Shown here piece after piece: positions 48,904 through 58,478 of a DNA stretch of 64,000 bases. The position numbers and the translations under genes were made by a program. Location: contig JBILEW010000002.1 of NCBI GenBank assembly GCA_044351885.1, forward strand, positions 14,033-78,032, in the 5' to 3' direction. The notes beneath the pieces were generated by a model. It had not been told where the DNA came from. It made no database searches and was given only the letters and a program-made list of their open reading frames with translations. Each line of letters begins with the position of its first letter. Position 1 is the stretch's first letter. The stretch comes from Bdellovibrionota bacterium (lineage in GTDB: Bacteria; Bdellovibrionota_C; UBA2361; OMII01).

Positions 48904-50030
48904 CTACGCCGACGCACCATTCAGCAAGCACGATTCGATCAATGCATCGATCTCTCCGTCGAGAACGGCATTTACATCAGAGGTCTCGTACTCACTACGC
49001 AGATCCTTCACGAGTTGATACGGCTGCATTACGTAGTTGCGTATCTGACTGCCGAAATCGATCTTCTTGCGCTGCCCTTTGAGTGCATCCATCTTGTCGC
49101 GCTGCTGCTCCTGCTGCAGCTCGTACAACTTTGACTTGAGGATCTTCATCGCGCGCGATTTGTTCTTGTGTTGAGAGCGCTCACTCTGGCACGCAACTAC
49201 GATACCGGTTGGCACGTGCGTCAAGCGCACTGCGGAATCGGTCTTATTGACGTGCTGTCCTCCTGCACCCGAGGAGCGATAGGTGTCGACCCGCAAATCA
49301 CTCTCGTTCACCTCGACCTCGACCTCCTCCTCGATATCGGGAGTGACGGTGACCGAGGCGAATGACGTGTGCCGACGAGCGTTCGAATCGAAGGGAGAGA
49401 TGCGCACGAGTCGATGCACGCCCGACTCATTCCGCAGATGCCCATATACATACGGGCCACCTATCAGAACTGTAGCGTTCTTAATACCTGCCCCTTCACC
49501 GGGCTGATAATCCATGACCTCGATCGAGAATTTCTTACGCTCTGCCCAGCGGAGATACATCCTGAGCAGCATCTCGCCCCAATCCTGCGCCTCGGTACCA
49601 CCCGAACCTGCATTGATCTCGATAATCGCCGACTGACTATCGAACTCCCCATTCATCTTGCACTTGAACTCGAGCGCTCCGACCGCACTATCGAGCTCTA
49701 CAATCGACCGACCGGCCTCACCCATGAACTCCTCGTCTCCGCTTTCGCGCGCGAGTTCAAAAGCGGTCTCAGCGTCGCCCTTGAGCGTTTCGAGCTTCCT
49801 GAATGCCTCAAGGCGCTCGGCGCACTGGGCACGCTCACGCATCACGGCCTTAGCCTTGGCTGCGTCGTTCCAGATATCGTTGGACTGGGATTGGAGCTCC
49901 AACTCTTCGACCTTGGTCGCTAGGGTAGGGATGTCAAAGAAACCCCCTAAGGACTTCAACGCGTTCGCTGAGCCCTTGGAGCTTGTACTTTAGCTCGGAT
50001 GGATCGTGTGGCAGTGTCATAGATTGGGTA
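48904..50030 (-). CDS. prfB: Peptide chain release factor 2, with programmed +1 frameshift (join 50030..49937, 49935..48904)
   Basis: MTLPHDPSELKYKLQGLSERVEVLRGFL, then CTT TGA C (complement of 49933-49939), preceded by SD-like AGGGGG (49943-49948). Downstream frame: DIPTLATKVEEL...SPF...GGQHVN. Confidence 0.95.
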
Positions 50031-50082
50031 TACGTTGCTTCGGGATAGCCGTCAAATCGATTCAGCCACAAGACACGGCATC

Positions 50083-50257
50083 GGACCGCGGACTTTCTAG
50101 TCCGCTTGATGCTTGGAGTCACGGCGCCGATAGCTAGCGGAGCAGAAGCTCCGCGGTCCATTAGAGCAATCGTCCCAACCGGACCGCGGACTTTCTAGTC
50201 CGCTTGATGCTTGAAGTCGTAGTGCCACTTGCTGGCGGAGCGGAAGCTCCGCGGTCC
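50083..50257. repeat. Two tandem 77-bp REP-like palindromic units (50083-50159 and 50181-50257) separated by 21 bp
   Basis: GGACCGCGGACTTTCTAGTCCGCTTGATGCTTGRAGTC...GCGGAGCRGAAGCTCCGCGGTCC. The terminal 10-bp arms pair, and there are two internal hairpins (GCGGAC-TTTCTA-GTCCGC and GCGGAGC-GGAA-GCTCCGC). Confidence 0.9.
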
Positions 50258-50261
50258 GTCT

Positions 50262-50807
50262 CTACGTGCTACGCCGTCTCCCGACAAACTCTTCCAGCAA
50301 CCTACCCCGAATAGCGCGCTCCTGCCGCCGCATCCGTTGTGCTTCGTTGTGCGGTACCTTCTCATGATCGTATCCGCACAGATGTAATACCCCGTGCACC
50401 AAAAGCCTCAACAACTCTTCTCGCTTGGCGACACCGAACTCCTTAGCCTGACGTAAGGTTGTCTCGCTCGATATAACGAGGTCGCCTAGAGAACTCCCTA
50501 CGAACCCTCGCGCTCTCCCGAAAAGCTCCGCCTTTGTGAGCTGCGGAAACGATAGTACGTCTGTCGCTTTGTCCTTTCTGCGGAATTCGCGGTTGAGCAC
50601 TCTGATGCGCTTGTCGTCCGTAATTATCACGCTCAGCTCGTGTACCTCTTGAGGTTTGATCTCCTTCTCTACCTGGGCCAGGATCGCAAGCACCATCTTA
50701 CGAAGTGCTGCCGCAGCGATGTTGAGCTTTCGACTCTCGAGCGACAGATTTACATGCCAGGTACGCCTCCCCTCGCTTCGTATATTTCGGGAACTGTTAC
50801 GGCTCAC
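50262..50807 (-). CDS. ybeY: rRNA maturation endoribonuclease YbeY
   Basis: DVLSFP and HGVLHLCGYDHE zinc motif. The GTG start overlaps the upstream stop. Confidence 0.9.
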   Translation of the reverse strand: MSRNSSRNIRSEGRRTWHVNLSLESRKLNIAAAALRKMVLAILAQVEKEIKPQEVHELSVIITDDKRIRVLNREFRRKDKATDVLSFPQLTKAELFGRARGFVGSSLGDLVISSETTLRQAKEFGVAKREELLRLLVHGVLHLCGYDHEKVPHNEAQRMRRQERAIRGRLLEEFVGRRRST

Positions 50808-52369
50808 TCGACGCCCAACCTCTTGAGATTTTCGACACGCCGATCGCGACGATTCGGCTCACCCCGACTAGACTGTTCGCCCTCGTCCGGAGCAGGCTCA
50901 TTGACCTTCTCTGCCGGCTCAGCGTACGCGATGCGCTGGTGGTAGATTCCTGAGAGCACGCGTGTGAAGCACTTGGCGATCAGGTGTAAGTCCCGCAGCG
51001 TGAGCTCGCACTCATTGAGCTCACCGCTCGAGAAGACCTTGTTGATCATCTTCTGCACCATCCCCTGGATGCGATCGAAAGAGGGATCGCTCAAGGTTCG
51101 TGCGGCAGCTTCGATTCCATCTGCCAACATGAGCAGCCCCGCCTCGCGGGTCTGTGGTCGCGGCCCAGGATAGGAATAGAGACTCCTGTCGACCGCGTCG
51201 ACGTCTTTGCCCAGCTCCTCGGCTTCCTTGCGAGCCTTCTCGTAAAAATACTCTATCGTGGAGGTTCCATGATGTTGCGGAATGAGGTCCTCGATAACGC
51301 GCGGAAGCTTGTACTTTTTCGCCAGTTCCACACCGTCCTTCACGTGAGAGCGGATGATAAGACCCGACATAGAGGGACTCAGCTTGTCGTGTCGATTCTC
51401 CCCTGGGTCCTGATTCTCGACGAAGTAGAGGGGCTTCTTCATCTTGCCGATGTCGTGGAAATACGCGCCGACTCGACACACCACCGGATTGGCTCCGATA
51501 GCATCCGCAGCAGACTCGACCATCATGCCGATAACCATCGAGTGATTCCACGTTCCGGGTGCTTGGACACTGAGCTCCTTCAATAACGGATGATCGAGCG
51601 TCGCCATCTCAATCAACCGCATATCCGAGGCATACCCTCCGAGGTATTCGACCACCGGCGTAATCCCAACGACCAGAAACGCGCTCAAACATCCAGCGAC
51701 CAGACAACCCAGTAGTCTCGCACTAGCATCGACGATACCGAGTGGGGGATACAGCACGATGGAGATGATCGCGAAGGGAACCGCTATCAGAGCGATGTTC
51801 AACGCAGCCTTGAGATACGCCGAACGAGAACGCACCTGCATGAAACTCGTGCACGCAACGAGCGACGTAGTGAGCACCAACATGAAAGACAGCTCCGGCA
51901 TCGGAAGATACAGCCCCACGAGAACCGCGCCGAAGAGCGAGGCCATGACCCCGAAATGCAAACCGAGAACCGACTGGATCAAGAGAACGGCAGACGTCAC
52001 GGGCAGAAAGAAAGACAGGGACTCCTTCGAGATCATCCCCACCGCCCCTCGCTCTGAGTAGTGAATCAGCGCCAACCCGAGGAGGTTCACTATCGATACC
52101 AGCACCACCGACAGAGCTAGAAGCAGGTAGAGCCACACGTGCGGCTTCGCATTACGGGTGCGATACCCTGTGAGCGCAAGCTTCGCGACTATGTGCAAAA
52201 CGAAAAGAGTGAGAAGTACGCCGAAAGCTCGTGATACCCGAGCTCCGACTCCGTCGGCCGCCGAAAAACCTCCCAGGCACAGCTCGGCCACGACCGCCAC
52301 GAGCGCTTGAAGCACGAAGATGACGAGAGCGCCGCTGCTCAGCCCCTGCGAGAGGTCTTTAAGCTTCAT
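50804..52369 (-). CDS. 7TM-HD membrane phosphohydrolase (PgpH/YqfF-like HDIG protein)
   Basis: Seven-TM N-terminal half, then an HD domain with GTWNHSM, YFHDIGK and HHG. Sits between phoH and ybeY, as in the conserved phoH-yqfF-ybeY arrangement. Confidence 0.85.
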   Translation of the reverse strand: MKLKDLSQGLSSGALVIFVLQALVAVVAELCLGGFSAADGVGARVSRAFGVLLTLFVLHIVAKLALTGYRTRNAKPHVWLYLLLALSVVLVSIVNLLGLALIHYSERGAVGMISKESLSFFLPVTSAVLLIQSVLGLHFGVMASLFGAVLVGLYLPMPELSFMLVLTTSLVACTSFMQVRSRSAYLKAALNIALIAVPFAIISIVLYPPLGIVDASARLLGCLVAGCLSAFLVVGITPVVEYLGGYASDMRLIEMATLDHPLLKELSVQAPGTWNHSMVIGMMVESAADAIGANPVVCRVGAYFHDIGKMKKPLYFVENQDPGENRHDKLSPSMSGLIIRSHVKDGVELAKKYKLPRVIEDLIPQHHGTSTIEYFYEKARKEAEELGKDVDAVDRSLYSYPGPRPQTREAGLLMLADGIEAAARTLSDPSFDRIQGMVQKMINKVFSSGELNECELTLRDLHLIAKCFTRVLSGIYHQRIAYAEPAEKVNEPAPDEGEQSSRGEPNRRDRRVENLKRLGVE

Positions 52370-53351
52370 CTTGATCGTACGCCTGTATGATGCGCGACAC
52401 GAGCGGATGCCTTACCACGTCTTCCTCCGAAAACTGGACAACCGCCACACCAGGTACGTCTTTCAAAATCTTCAACGCGTGCGAGAGGCCAGACATCGTG
52501 CCACGTGGCAAATCTATCTGCGTAATATCTCCTGTCACCACACACGTCGAGCCGAAACCTAAACGGGTGAGAAACATCTTCATCTGCACCGGCGTCGTGT
52601 TTTGAGCTTCATCGAGAATCACGAAAGCATTCGACAACGTGCGCCCACGCATGAAGGCGAGGGGAGCCACCTCTACTACCCCTTTCTCGACCATCTCCTT
52701 GGCACGGTCGAAATCAACCATGTCGTGCAACGCATCGTAGAGTGGGCGCAGGTACGGATTTACCTTTTCGGCCATGTCACCCGGAAGAAATCCGAGCTTC
52801 TCACCGGCCTCTACCGCTGGACGACACAGCACTATACGTTTGACCTCTTTGCTGACGAGAGCAGATACAGCCATCGCCATAGCAAGATACGTCTTACCCG
52901 TTCCAGCCGGTCCGACACCGAGGACGACGCTGTGATTCTTGATCTGTTCGATGTAGGTTTTTTGCTTGAAGGTCTTCGGAACGATCTTTGTTCTCTTCCC
53001 CGAAACGCGGATCTCGTCACGGAAGAGCTCCTCGAGCTGCAACTTGCGATTACCGGACAGCATGCGGATCGCACGCTCGACGTCTCCCTTGAAGATCACC
53101 TCTCCCTGCTCGACCAATCCTCTCAACTGCACGAGCAGGTCGGATGCGAGCTCAACGTCGGTATCCTGCCCTACCAGGATGAGCCCATTCGGACTTCGGC
53201 CGATCTTCAACCCGAGATCGCGTTCGATGACTTTTAGGTTCTCGTCCTTGTCTCCCACCAGAGCCTGCATCACGCTCGACTCCGGAAATGCGACCTCCAT
53301 CTCTTTCGAAACACCTTTGGGGTCGCTCGCTCTTCGTCCGTATCCTGTCAT
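52359..53351 (-). CDS. phoH: PhoH-family ATPase (YbeZ-like, with an N-terminal KH-like region)
   Basis: Walker [31 protein letters not shown]. Confidence 0.9.
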   Translation of the reverse strand: MTGYGRRASDPKGVSKEMEVAFPESSVMQALVGDKDENLKVIERDLGLKIGRSPNGLILVGQDTDVELASDLLVQLRGLVEQGEVIFKGDVERAIRMLSGNRKLQLEELFRDEIRVSGKRTKIVPKTFKQKTYIEQIKNHSVVLGVGPAGTGKTYLAMAMAVSALVSKEVKRIVLCRPAVEAGEKLGFLPGDMAEKVNPYLRPLYDALHDMVDFDRAKEMVEKGVVEVAPLAFMRGRTLSNAFVILDEAQNTTPVQMKMFLTRLGFGSTCVVTGDITQIDLPRGTMSGLSHALKILKDVPGVAVVQFSEEDVVRHPLVSRIIQAYDQDEA

Positions 53352-53598
53352 TCGTTCTCTTCTTTATAACCGGCTATCCTTGGGCTTGTTGGCGCCTTTT
53401 GCCACTCCACCCGAGGCTAATCCGCGGCCGTCTCTCTGTATAGATCCTCGATCCTTGAATAATGATACACCAAAGGGTCAGCCGTCGCGACCATCACCTC
53501 ATGGACCGAAATATATAACGATATCAGGGCCCCGCAAGCGTACTGAGCCATCTTCGTGACGCCAATGCCCGGCGACCGACCTCGGATGACCTACTGTT

Positions 53599-53994
53599 TC
53601 ATTGCCGCGGGCACACACGGTCGAGGGCTTCTTTGAACTTGTCCACATCAAGCGGCTTCACCAGGTATCCATCACACGACATGGAATGGGCTCCGTAAAT
53701 GAACCTTCCCGCCGTACTCTCGCTCACTATCAGAACTCTTGTGGTAACACCGCCCGCCAACTTACGCGGCTCTTCGAGCGAGCGCAAAAGCGACAGAACC
53801 TCGAGTCCTGGCATCCCCGTCATCTGGAGATCCAAGATGAGTAGATCGTAGGGAACGCCCCTCTCACTTGCATCGGTGATGAGGAGCGCTGAGGCGTCTC
53901 CATCGTTAGCCTCAAATATTACGTGCTCAGGTGTAATCGCTGAACGAATAGCTCGTATCGTCTCTGGATCTTGCTGCGCTATCAGGATACGCAT
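53599..53994 (-). CDS. Single-domain response regulator (CheY-like)
   Basis: MRILIAQQD..., phospho-acceptor context DLLILDLQMTGMPG, and LVKP. Confidence 0.8.
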   Translation of the reverse strand: MRILIAQQDPETIRAIRSAITPEHVIFEANDGDASALLITDASERGVPYDLLILDLQMTGMPGLEVLSLLRSLEEPRKLAGGVTTRVLIVSESTAGRFIYGAHSMSCDGYLVKPLDVDKFKEALDRVCPRQ

Positions 53995-54145
53995 CTGTAT
54001 ACTTGCCTCGCCTAGTTTATCGGCCGTAGGCCCATGAGCCTTGAGAGCTCGATGCCGCTTGCGTTACGCACGACCCTCCCGTCGGAGACGAAGTGCCTGC
54101 TACTAACTCGTTTGGGAGATAACGCAGCGCGCAAGCCAAGACAAG

Positions 54146-55432
54146 CTACGCCGTTGATACATCCCGAGAAAGAACCGGAAGGGTATCTGGCAAAGGAGAT
54201 CCCTCCAAGGCGCGGCGCACACAGTCCAAGGCTACATAGGTAGCATAGGTTCGCACATTCCCCCGCTCGCTCGGATAGAGACATCGTAGGCTCGTAACAC
54301 CACCTGGCGAGGCGAATCCCACGTAGAAGGTGCCTACTGGCTTTGCCTCGCTACCTCCACCTGGACCGGCAACACCACTCACTGAGAGCCCGAAGGTCGC
54401 GCCATAGAGGGCTCGCGCCGCTGCCGCCATCGCCTCGACAGTTTGAGCGCTCACTGCACCGTACGTATCGAGAATCTGGTGGGGCACACCCAAAGCACGC
54501 TCCTTTACGTCGTTGTGGTACGCGACCACTCCTCCTCTGTATACGGACGAGGATCCAGGAGTTCTCGTCAAAAACTCACCGAGCATTCCACCAGTACACG
54601 ACTCCGCTGTGGCAACCGTTGCTCCCTGTTCGAGCAACAGATCCTGCACACGCTCGACGAACGACTGCATAGGATCCTGCGAGAAAATAAAGCTCTCCTC
54701 AAGAGCTGCCCGCACCCTCTCAGCGTTGTCACCTAGCGCGGCAAAGCTCTCGGGAGCCTTCAATACGACATGTACCTCGGGAAAAGCGGCTCGGTACGAA
54801 ACAATGATCTCCGTCGGCAGCTTCAATGCTGATACGATCTTTCCGACCAAAGACTCGGGCATCCCGAAGGTCTTGAAGGTAACTCGTTTGAGCTTGGGTA
54901 ATCCTACGCTGCGTTCTTGAACCAACGGAGCAACGGAGGCCGCGTACATACTCTTGAACTCTCGAGGCACACCGGAGAGCGAGCACACCGTCACTCCCTC
55001 CTTCGTGGTCATCATGAATCCCGGAGCTGTACCCACTTCGTTGGGAATCATCGTAGAACCGATCGGAAGCAGCGCTTGCTTGAGGTTCGTAGCATCGAGC
55101 TTTCGACTACGCTTGCTGTAGAACTCTTCGAGGTGCTTACGCGCTTCGGGGTGCTCTGCCAGTCCGACTCCAAAGAAACGCGCGAACATATCCCGGGTCA
55201 GATCGTCGTCTGTAGGCCCGAGACCTCCCGAAGTAATAACGATATCGCTCACCGTACTCAGCTGCTGTAATCCGCTGATCAACTCGGACATGTCATCGTC
55301 GACGAGAAGAACTCGCTTCAGCTTAAGCCCCAACTCCGAAAGCTCTCGTGCAACGAAATTGGAGTTGGTGTCGACTACACGACCATCGAGGAGCTCAGAA
55401 CCTGTTGCGAGTATTGATACCGAGAAACTCAT
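54146..55432 (-). CDS. cinA: CinA-family protein (MoCF-binding domain + nicotinamide-nucleotide amidohydrolase PncC domain)
   Basis: ILATGSELLDGRVVDTNSNFVA..., ITSGGLGPTDDDLT, and C-terminal ATAESCTGG. Confidence 0.9.
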   Translation of the reverse strand: MSFSVSILATGSELLDGRVVDTNSNFVARELSELGLKLKRVLLVDDDMSELISGLQQLSTVSDIVITSGGLGPTDDDLTRDMFARFFGVGLAEHPEARKHLEEFYSKRSRKLDATNLKQALLPIGSTMIPNEVGTAPGFMMTTKEGVTVCSLSGVPREFKSMYAASVAPLVQERSVGLPKLKRVTFKTFGMPESLVGKIVSALKLPTEIIVSYRAAFPEVHVVLKAPESFAALGDNAERVRAALEESFIFSQDPMQSFVERVQDLLLEQGATVATAESCTGGMLGEFLTRTPGSSSVYRGGVVAYHNDVKERALGVPHQILDTYGAVSAQTVEAMAAAARALYGATFGLSVSGVAGPGGGSEAKPVGTFYVGFASPGGVTSLRCLYPSERGNVRTYATYVALDCVRRALEGSPLPDTLPVLSRDVSTA

Positions 55433-56808
55433 GCTCGAGGCTTGCCTGCCGCAACCGAAGCCACCGACATGGATTCGTGAAGCTTCTTCAGGTCAGCTAT
55501 CGTTGCTAGCACTGCCGCTGGTGGTTTGATCGTATCAGGAGACTGCATGATCTTCGCCTTGAGCGGATCGATGTACTTGCCGTTGTCAAAAAGACCAAAA
55601 TGCAGATGAGGCCCAGTAGCCAAGCCGGTCTTGCCGAGAGTTCCGATAACGGATCCACGCGTTACTCGCGCACCCTTCTTGATACCCGAAGCGATCTTGT
55701 TGAGGTGCATGTACTCCGTCGTATAGCGCGAATCGTGCGCTATCTTGACCATATTCCCCATCGACGACGAAAATCCTGCTGCGACAACTACCCCATCTCC
55801 AACCGTGCGGATCGGAGTACCTATCGGAGCGGAGAAATCCACACCGTTGTGAGGCCGCGAGACGTGCAAGATCGGATGGAAGCGAGAGGTGGAGAACACC
55901 GAAGCGATACGGGTGTACTGAACCGGATAACGAAGAAACGCCTTGGTAGGCATCTGACCGTTCTCGTCGAAGTATCGAACCGTTCCGTCTGCCGCGACAT
56001 CCCGCACGACGGCCATCATCTTATCACCGAGCTTGAGAGAAGCTGCTCGGATCGCTCCCGTCTCGAGCTCTTCACCATCCTCGGTGAAAGACTCCTCGAA
56101 TACGACCGAAAAGGTATCTCCAGGCTGCAGATCCTTTCGGAACTCGACTCGATTACTGAAGAGATCAACGAAGTCGTCGACTACCGAATACGGAATATCA
56201 GCGCCGTTGGCCGAATCAACCAACGAGGAGAAAATGGTACCCGAAACCTTGCGCTCCTTGCGAATGACTCGAGCCTGATCGATACGTGGAATGTAACCCT
56301 GGTCGGCATCACCTGTGAGGATCAACGATGCTCCACCCGTCAGCTTCCGACGAAGTTGAACTATCTCGCCTGCTTGACGGGTAAATTCAATAGATTCTCC
56401 AACCTTCAAATCATGAGCCGACACACGCGCGTCCTTGAACGCATCGATAACGGCCTGCGCTCCATCTGCCGCCCCACCGATATCGAGCCACACGGACGAG
56501 AGCGTGTCCCCCTTGGAGATGGTATGCTCAAAGGTACCATCAGCGAGTAATGCCTCACCCGCGCCAAAAGGGGTAACGGGCGTTCGGAGTGAGATATCTG
56601 TTCTAGGAGGAGATGACAGGTCCGCATCTTCCAGCGAGAGATGCCCAAGACGCTTCAGGGGGCTCTCGTCACTGTACAATAGTTCGTTGGACGAGAGTCG
56701 CAGTCCAGCGACATCCGCTATCCGAGAACCAAGGTTCGTACCGTTAATAAGTAGTAAGCCGCCCGCGACAACAACCGTAGTTCGCGCAGCCAAAACATAC
56801 CTGTTCAT
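55429..56808 (-). CDS. M23-family peptidoglycan DD-metalloendopeptidase (MepM-like)
   Basis: HNGVDFSAPIGTPI and GPHLHFGL motifs, with an OapA/LysM-like segment HTISKGDTLSSVW. The stop overlaps the cinA start (ATGA). Confidence 0.9.
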   Translation of the reverse strand: MNRYVLAARTTVVVAGGLLLINGTNLGSRIADVAGLRLSSNELLYSDESPLKRLGHLSLEDADLSSPPRTDISLRTPVTPFGAGEALLADGTFEHTISKGDTLSSVWLDIGGAADGAQAVIDAFKDARVSAHDLKVGESIEFTRQAGEIVQLRRKLTGGASLILTGDADQGYIPRIDQARVIRKERKVSGTIFSSLVDSANGADIPYSVVDDFVDLFSNRVEFRKDLQPGDTFSVVFEESFTEDGEELETGAIRAASLKLGDKMMAVVRDVAADGTVRYFDENGQMPTKAFLRYPVQYTRIASVFSTSRFHPILHVSRPHNGVDFSAPIGTPIRTVGDGVVVAAGFSSSMGNMVKIAHDSRYTTEYMHLNKIASGIKKGARVTRGSVIGTLGKTGLATGPHLHFGLFDNGKYIDPLKAKIMQSPDTIKPPAAVLATIADLKKLHESMSVASVAAGKPRA

Positions 56809-57031
56809 GCAAGCGGGACTTTATCTGAACTGTTCAGGGTGTCACAACCCCCCAACCAGCTTTTATGCCTAGCTCAACATGGCGATTTCGCTGACTTGCC
56901 TACATTTTCATCGGGCGACAGGGACGACGTCGGCGCATGTGTGCCGGGAATTATCGGTCGTGCTACCATCCGCCCCGAAACCAAGGTATTTCTATCGACT
57001 TTTCAATATGTTACACTAATCCAACGCTTAT

Positions 57032-57445
57032 ATGACGATTATCGCCGTGGATGTTGGAACCGTACGAGTAGGCTGTGCAGCTGCCGATGAGTCTGTTCGC
57101 ATACCCTTTCCTGTAGCGGTGTGGCCACGAGCCCAAGCGCGAGCGGAAAAGGAGCTCTTGCAAGCCCTCGAAGAACGTCAGGCGAGCCTCCTCGTCGTTG
57201 GGCTCCCGCTGGACCAGGACGGGCATCGAACTCCTATCTGTGAAAATATCGAGGGCTTCATTCGTCGTATTGCTAAGAGAGCTGTCATTAAGATTGTATA
57301 CGTCGACGAAGCATTCTCTTCGGTGGAAGCGACGCAACGGGCCGCGCTCAGTTCCAGCTCGGTCAAGGAGGTTGATGCTTTCGCCGCGTGCTTGATCCTG
57401 GAACGCTACTTCGAGAGCCTTGCTAATAGCTCTCGTCAATCCTAG
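57032..57445 (+). CDS. ruvX: Holliday-junction-resolvase-like pre-16S rRNA nuclease YqgF/RuvX
   Basis: IIAVDVGTVRVGCAAAD..., VVGLPLDQDG, and DEAFSSVEA. Confidence 0.85.
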   Translation: MTIIAVDVGTVRVGCAAADESVRIPFPVAVWPRAQARAEKELLQALEERQASLLVVGLPLDQDGHRTPICENIEGFIRRIAKRAVIKIVYVDEAFSSVEATQRAALSSSSVKEVDAFAACLILERYFESLANSSRQS

Positions 57446-57453
57446 AGGTCTGT

Positions 57454-58467
57454 GTGGTTCGAAAGCTACTTCTCACCATTTTATACGTCGCGATCCCGCT
57501 CATAGTCGGCCTCGGAGTCTACACAGCTCTCGACACCTTCTTTTTCTCTCCGATAAACCCCGAGGACAAGAGCACCACAATATTCGAGGTGCCCCCTCAA
57601 TCGACCTTCAAGAGCATCGCCAAGGACCTCGAGACCCAGAAGCTGATCCGTAGCCATTGGTCCATAGTCGCCTTCGCAAAGATCCGTGGACAGGACACCT
57701 CTATCATGGCGGGCGAATACGAGCTTTCACCCTCCATGCGTCCAAACGAGATCCTCGAGAAGATGGCCTCGGGGAAGATGTTCCTCCGTAAGATAACTCT
57801 CAAGGAAGGTGAGTCGATGTGGGAGATCGGCGCAGACCTCGAACAGCAAGGGATCCTTCAAAAGATCGAATTCGAAAGGGCACTCTCCGACGCGAACCTC
57901 TTGAAGGAGCTCGGAATAGCCGGCACGAGCTTAGAGGGATATCTTTTTCCCGACACCTACCAGTTTCCTCGTAACACGTCGGCCAAAAAGATCGTGGTAG
58001 CGATGAACGATCAGCTTCAAAAGCGCTGGCTACCCGAATGGGACGATCGCTTGAAGCAGTTGTCCATGACCAAACACCAAGCGCTCACCCTTGCTTCCAT
58101 CATCGAAAAGGAGTCGGGCGGCGTTGCCGAGCAACCGGTCATCTCTTCTGTTTTTCACAACCGCCTCAAGAAGGGGATGAAGCTCCAAGCAGACCCCACA
58201 GTCATTTATGGAATCCCGAACTTCAACGGAAATATCACCAAGGAGGATCTTCAGACTCCGACGCCATACAACACGTACGTGATAACTGGGCTTCCTCCGG
58301 GCCCGATCGCCAATCCCGGAGTGAGTGCTATCAAGGCAGCCCTGTATCCCGTCACGACGAACTACCTTTATTTCGTTGCTAACGGCCAGGGCGGCCACAT
58401 ATTTTCCGAGACACTCGACGACCACAACGAACTGGTGAATGCATACCAGAAAAATCCCTCTCCATAG
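57454..58467 (+). CDS. mltG: Endolytic murein transglycosylase MltG (YceG)
   Basis: N-terminal TM, LASIIEKE, VFHNRLKKGMKLQADPTVIYG, and YNTYVITGLPPGPIANPG. Confidence 0.9.
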   Translation: MVRKLLLTILYVAIPLIVGLGVYTALDTFFFSPINPEDKSTTIFEVPPQSTFKSIAKDLETQKLIRSHWSIVAFAKIRGQDTSIMAGEYELSPSMRPNEILEKMASGKMFLRKITLKEGESMWEIGADLEQQGILQKIEFERALSDANLLKELGIAGTSLEGYLFPDTYQFPRNTSAKKIVVAMNDQLQKRWLPEWDDRLKQLSMTKHQALTLASIIEKESGGVAEQPVISSVFHNRLKKGMKLQADPTVIYGIPNFNGNITKEDLQTPTPYNTYVITGLPPGPIANPGVSAIKAALYPVTTNYLYFVANGQGGHIFSETLDDHNELVNAYQKNPSP

Positions 58468-58478
58468 CGAGCGAGGCT

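Noticed and set aside
50083-50257. Possible CRISPR array
   Set aside because: There are only two units. The units are 77 bp and internally palindromic with a 21-bp spacer. The same unit is dispersed singly elsewhere, and there are no cas genes. It is REP-like, not CRISPR.
52602-53237. 211-aa + strand ORF inside phoH, and the similar antisense ORFs 55600..56550 (M23 peptidase) and 45241..45720 (parB)
   Set aside because: They lie antisense to genes with clear family motifs. Their composition is low-information and they have no RBS.
56809-57031. Strand switch (18 kb of minus-strand genes, then plus-strand genes), considered as a replication origin
   Set aside because: The 223-bp region is not AT-rich, has no DnaA-box clusters (TTATCCACA-like), and has no dnaA or dnaN nearby. 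It is an ordinary divergent promoter region.
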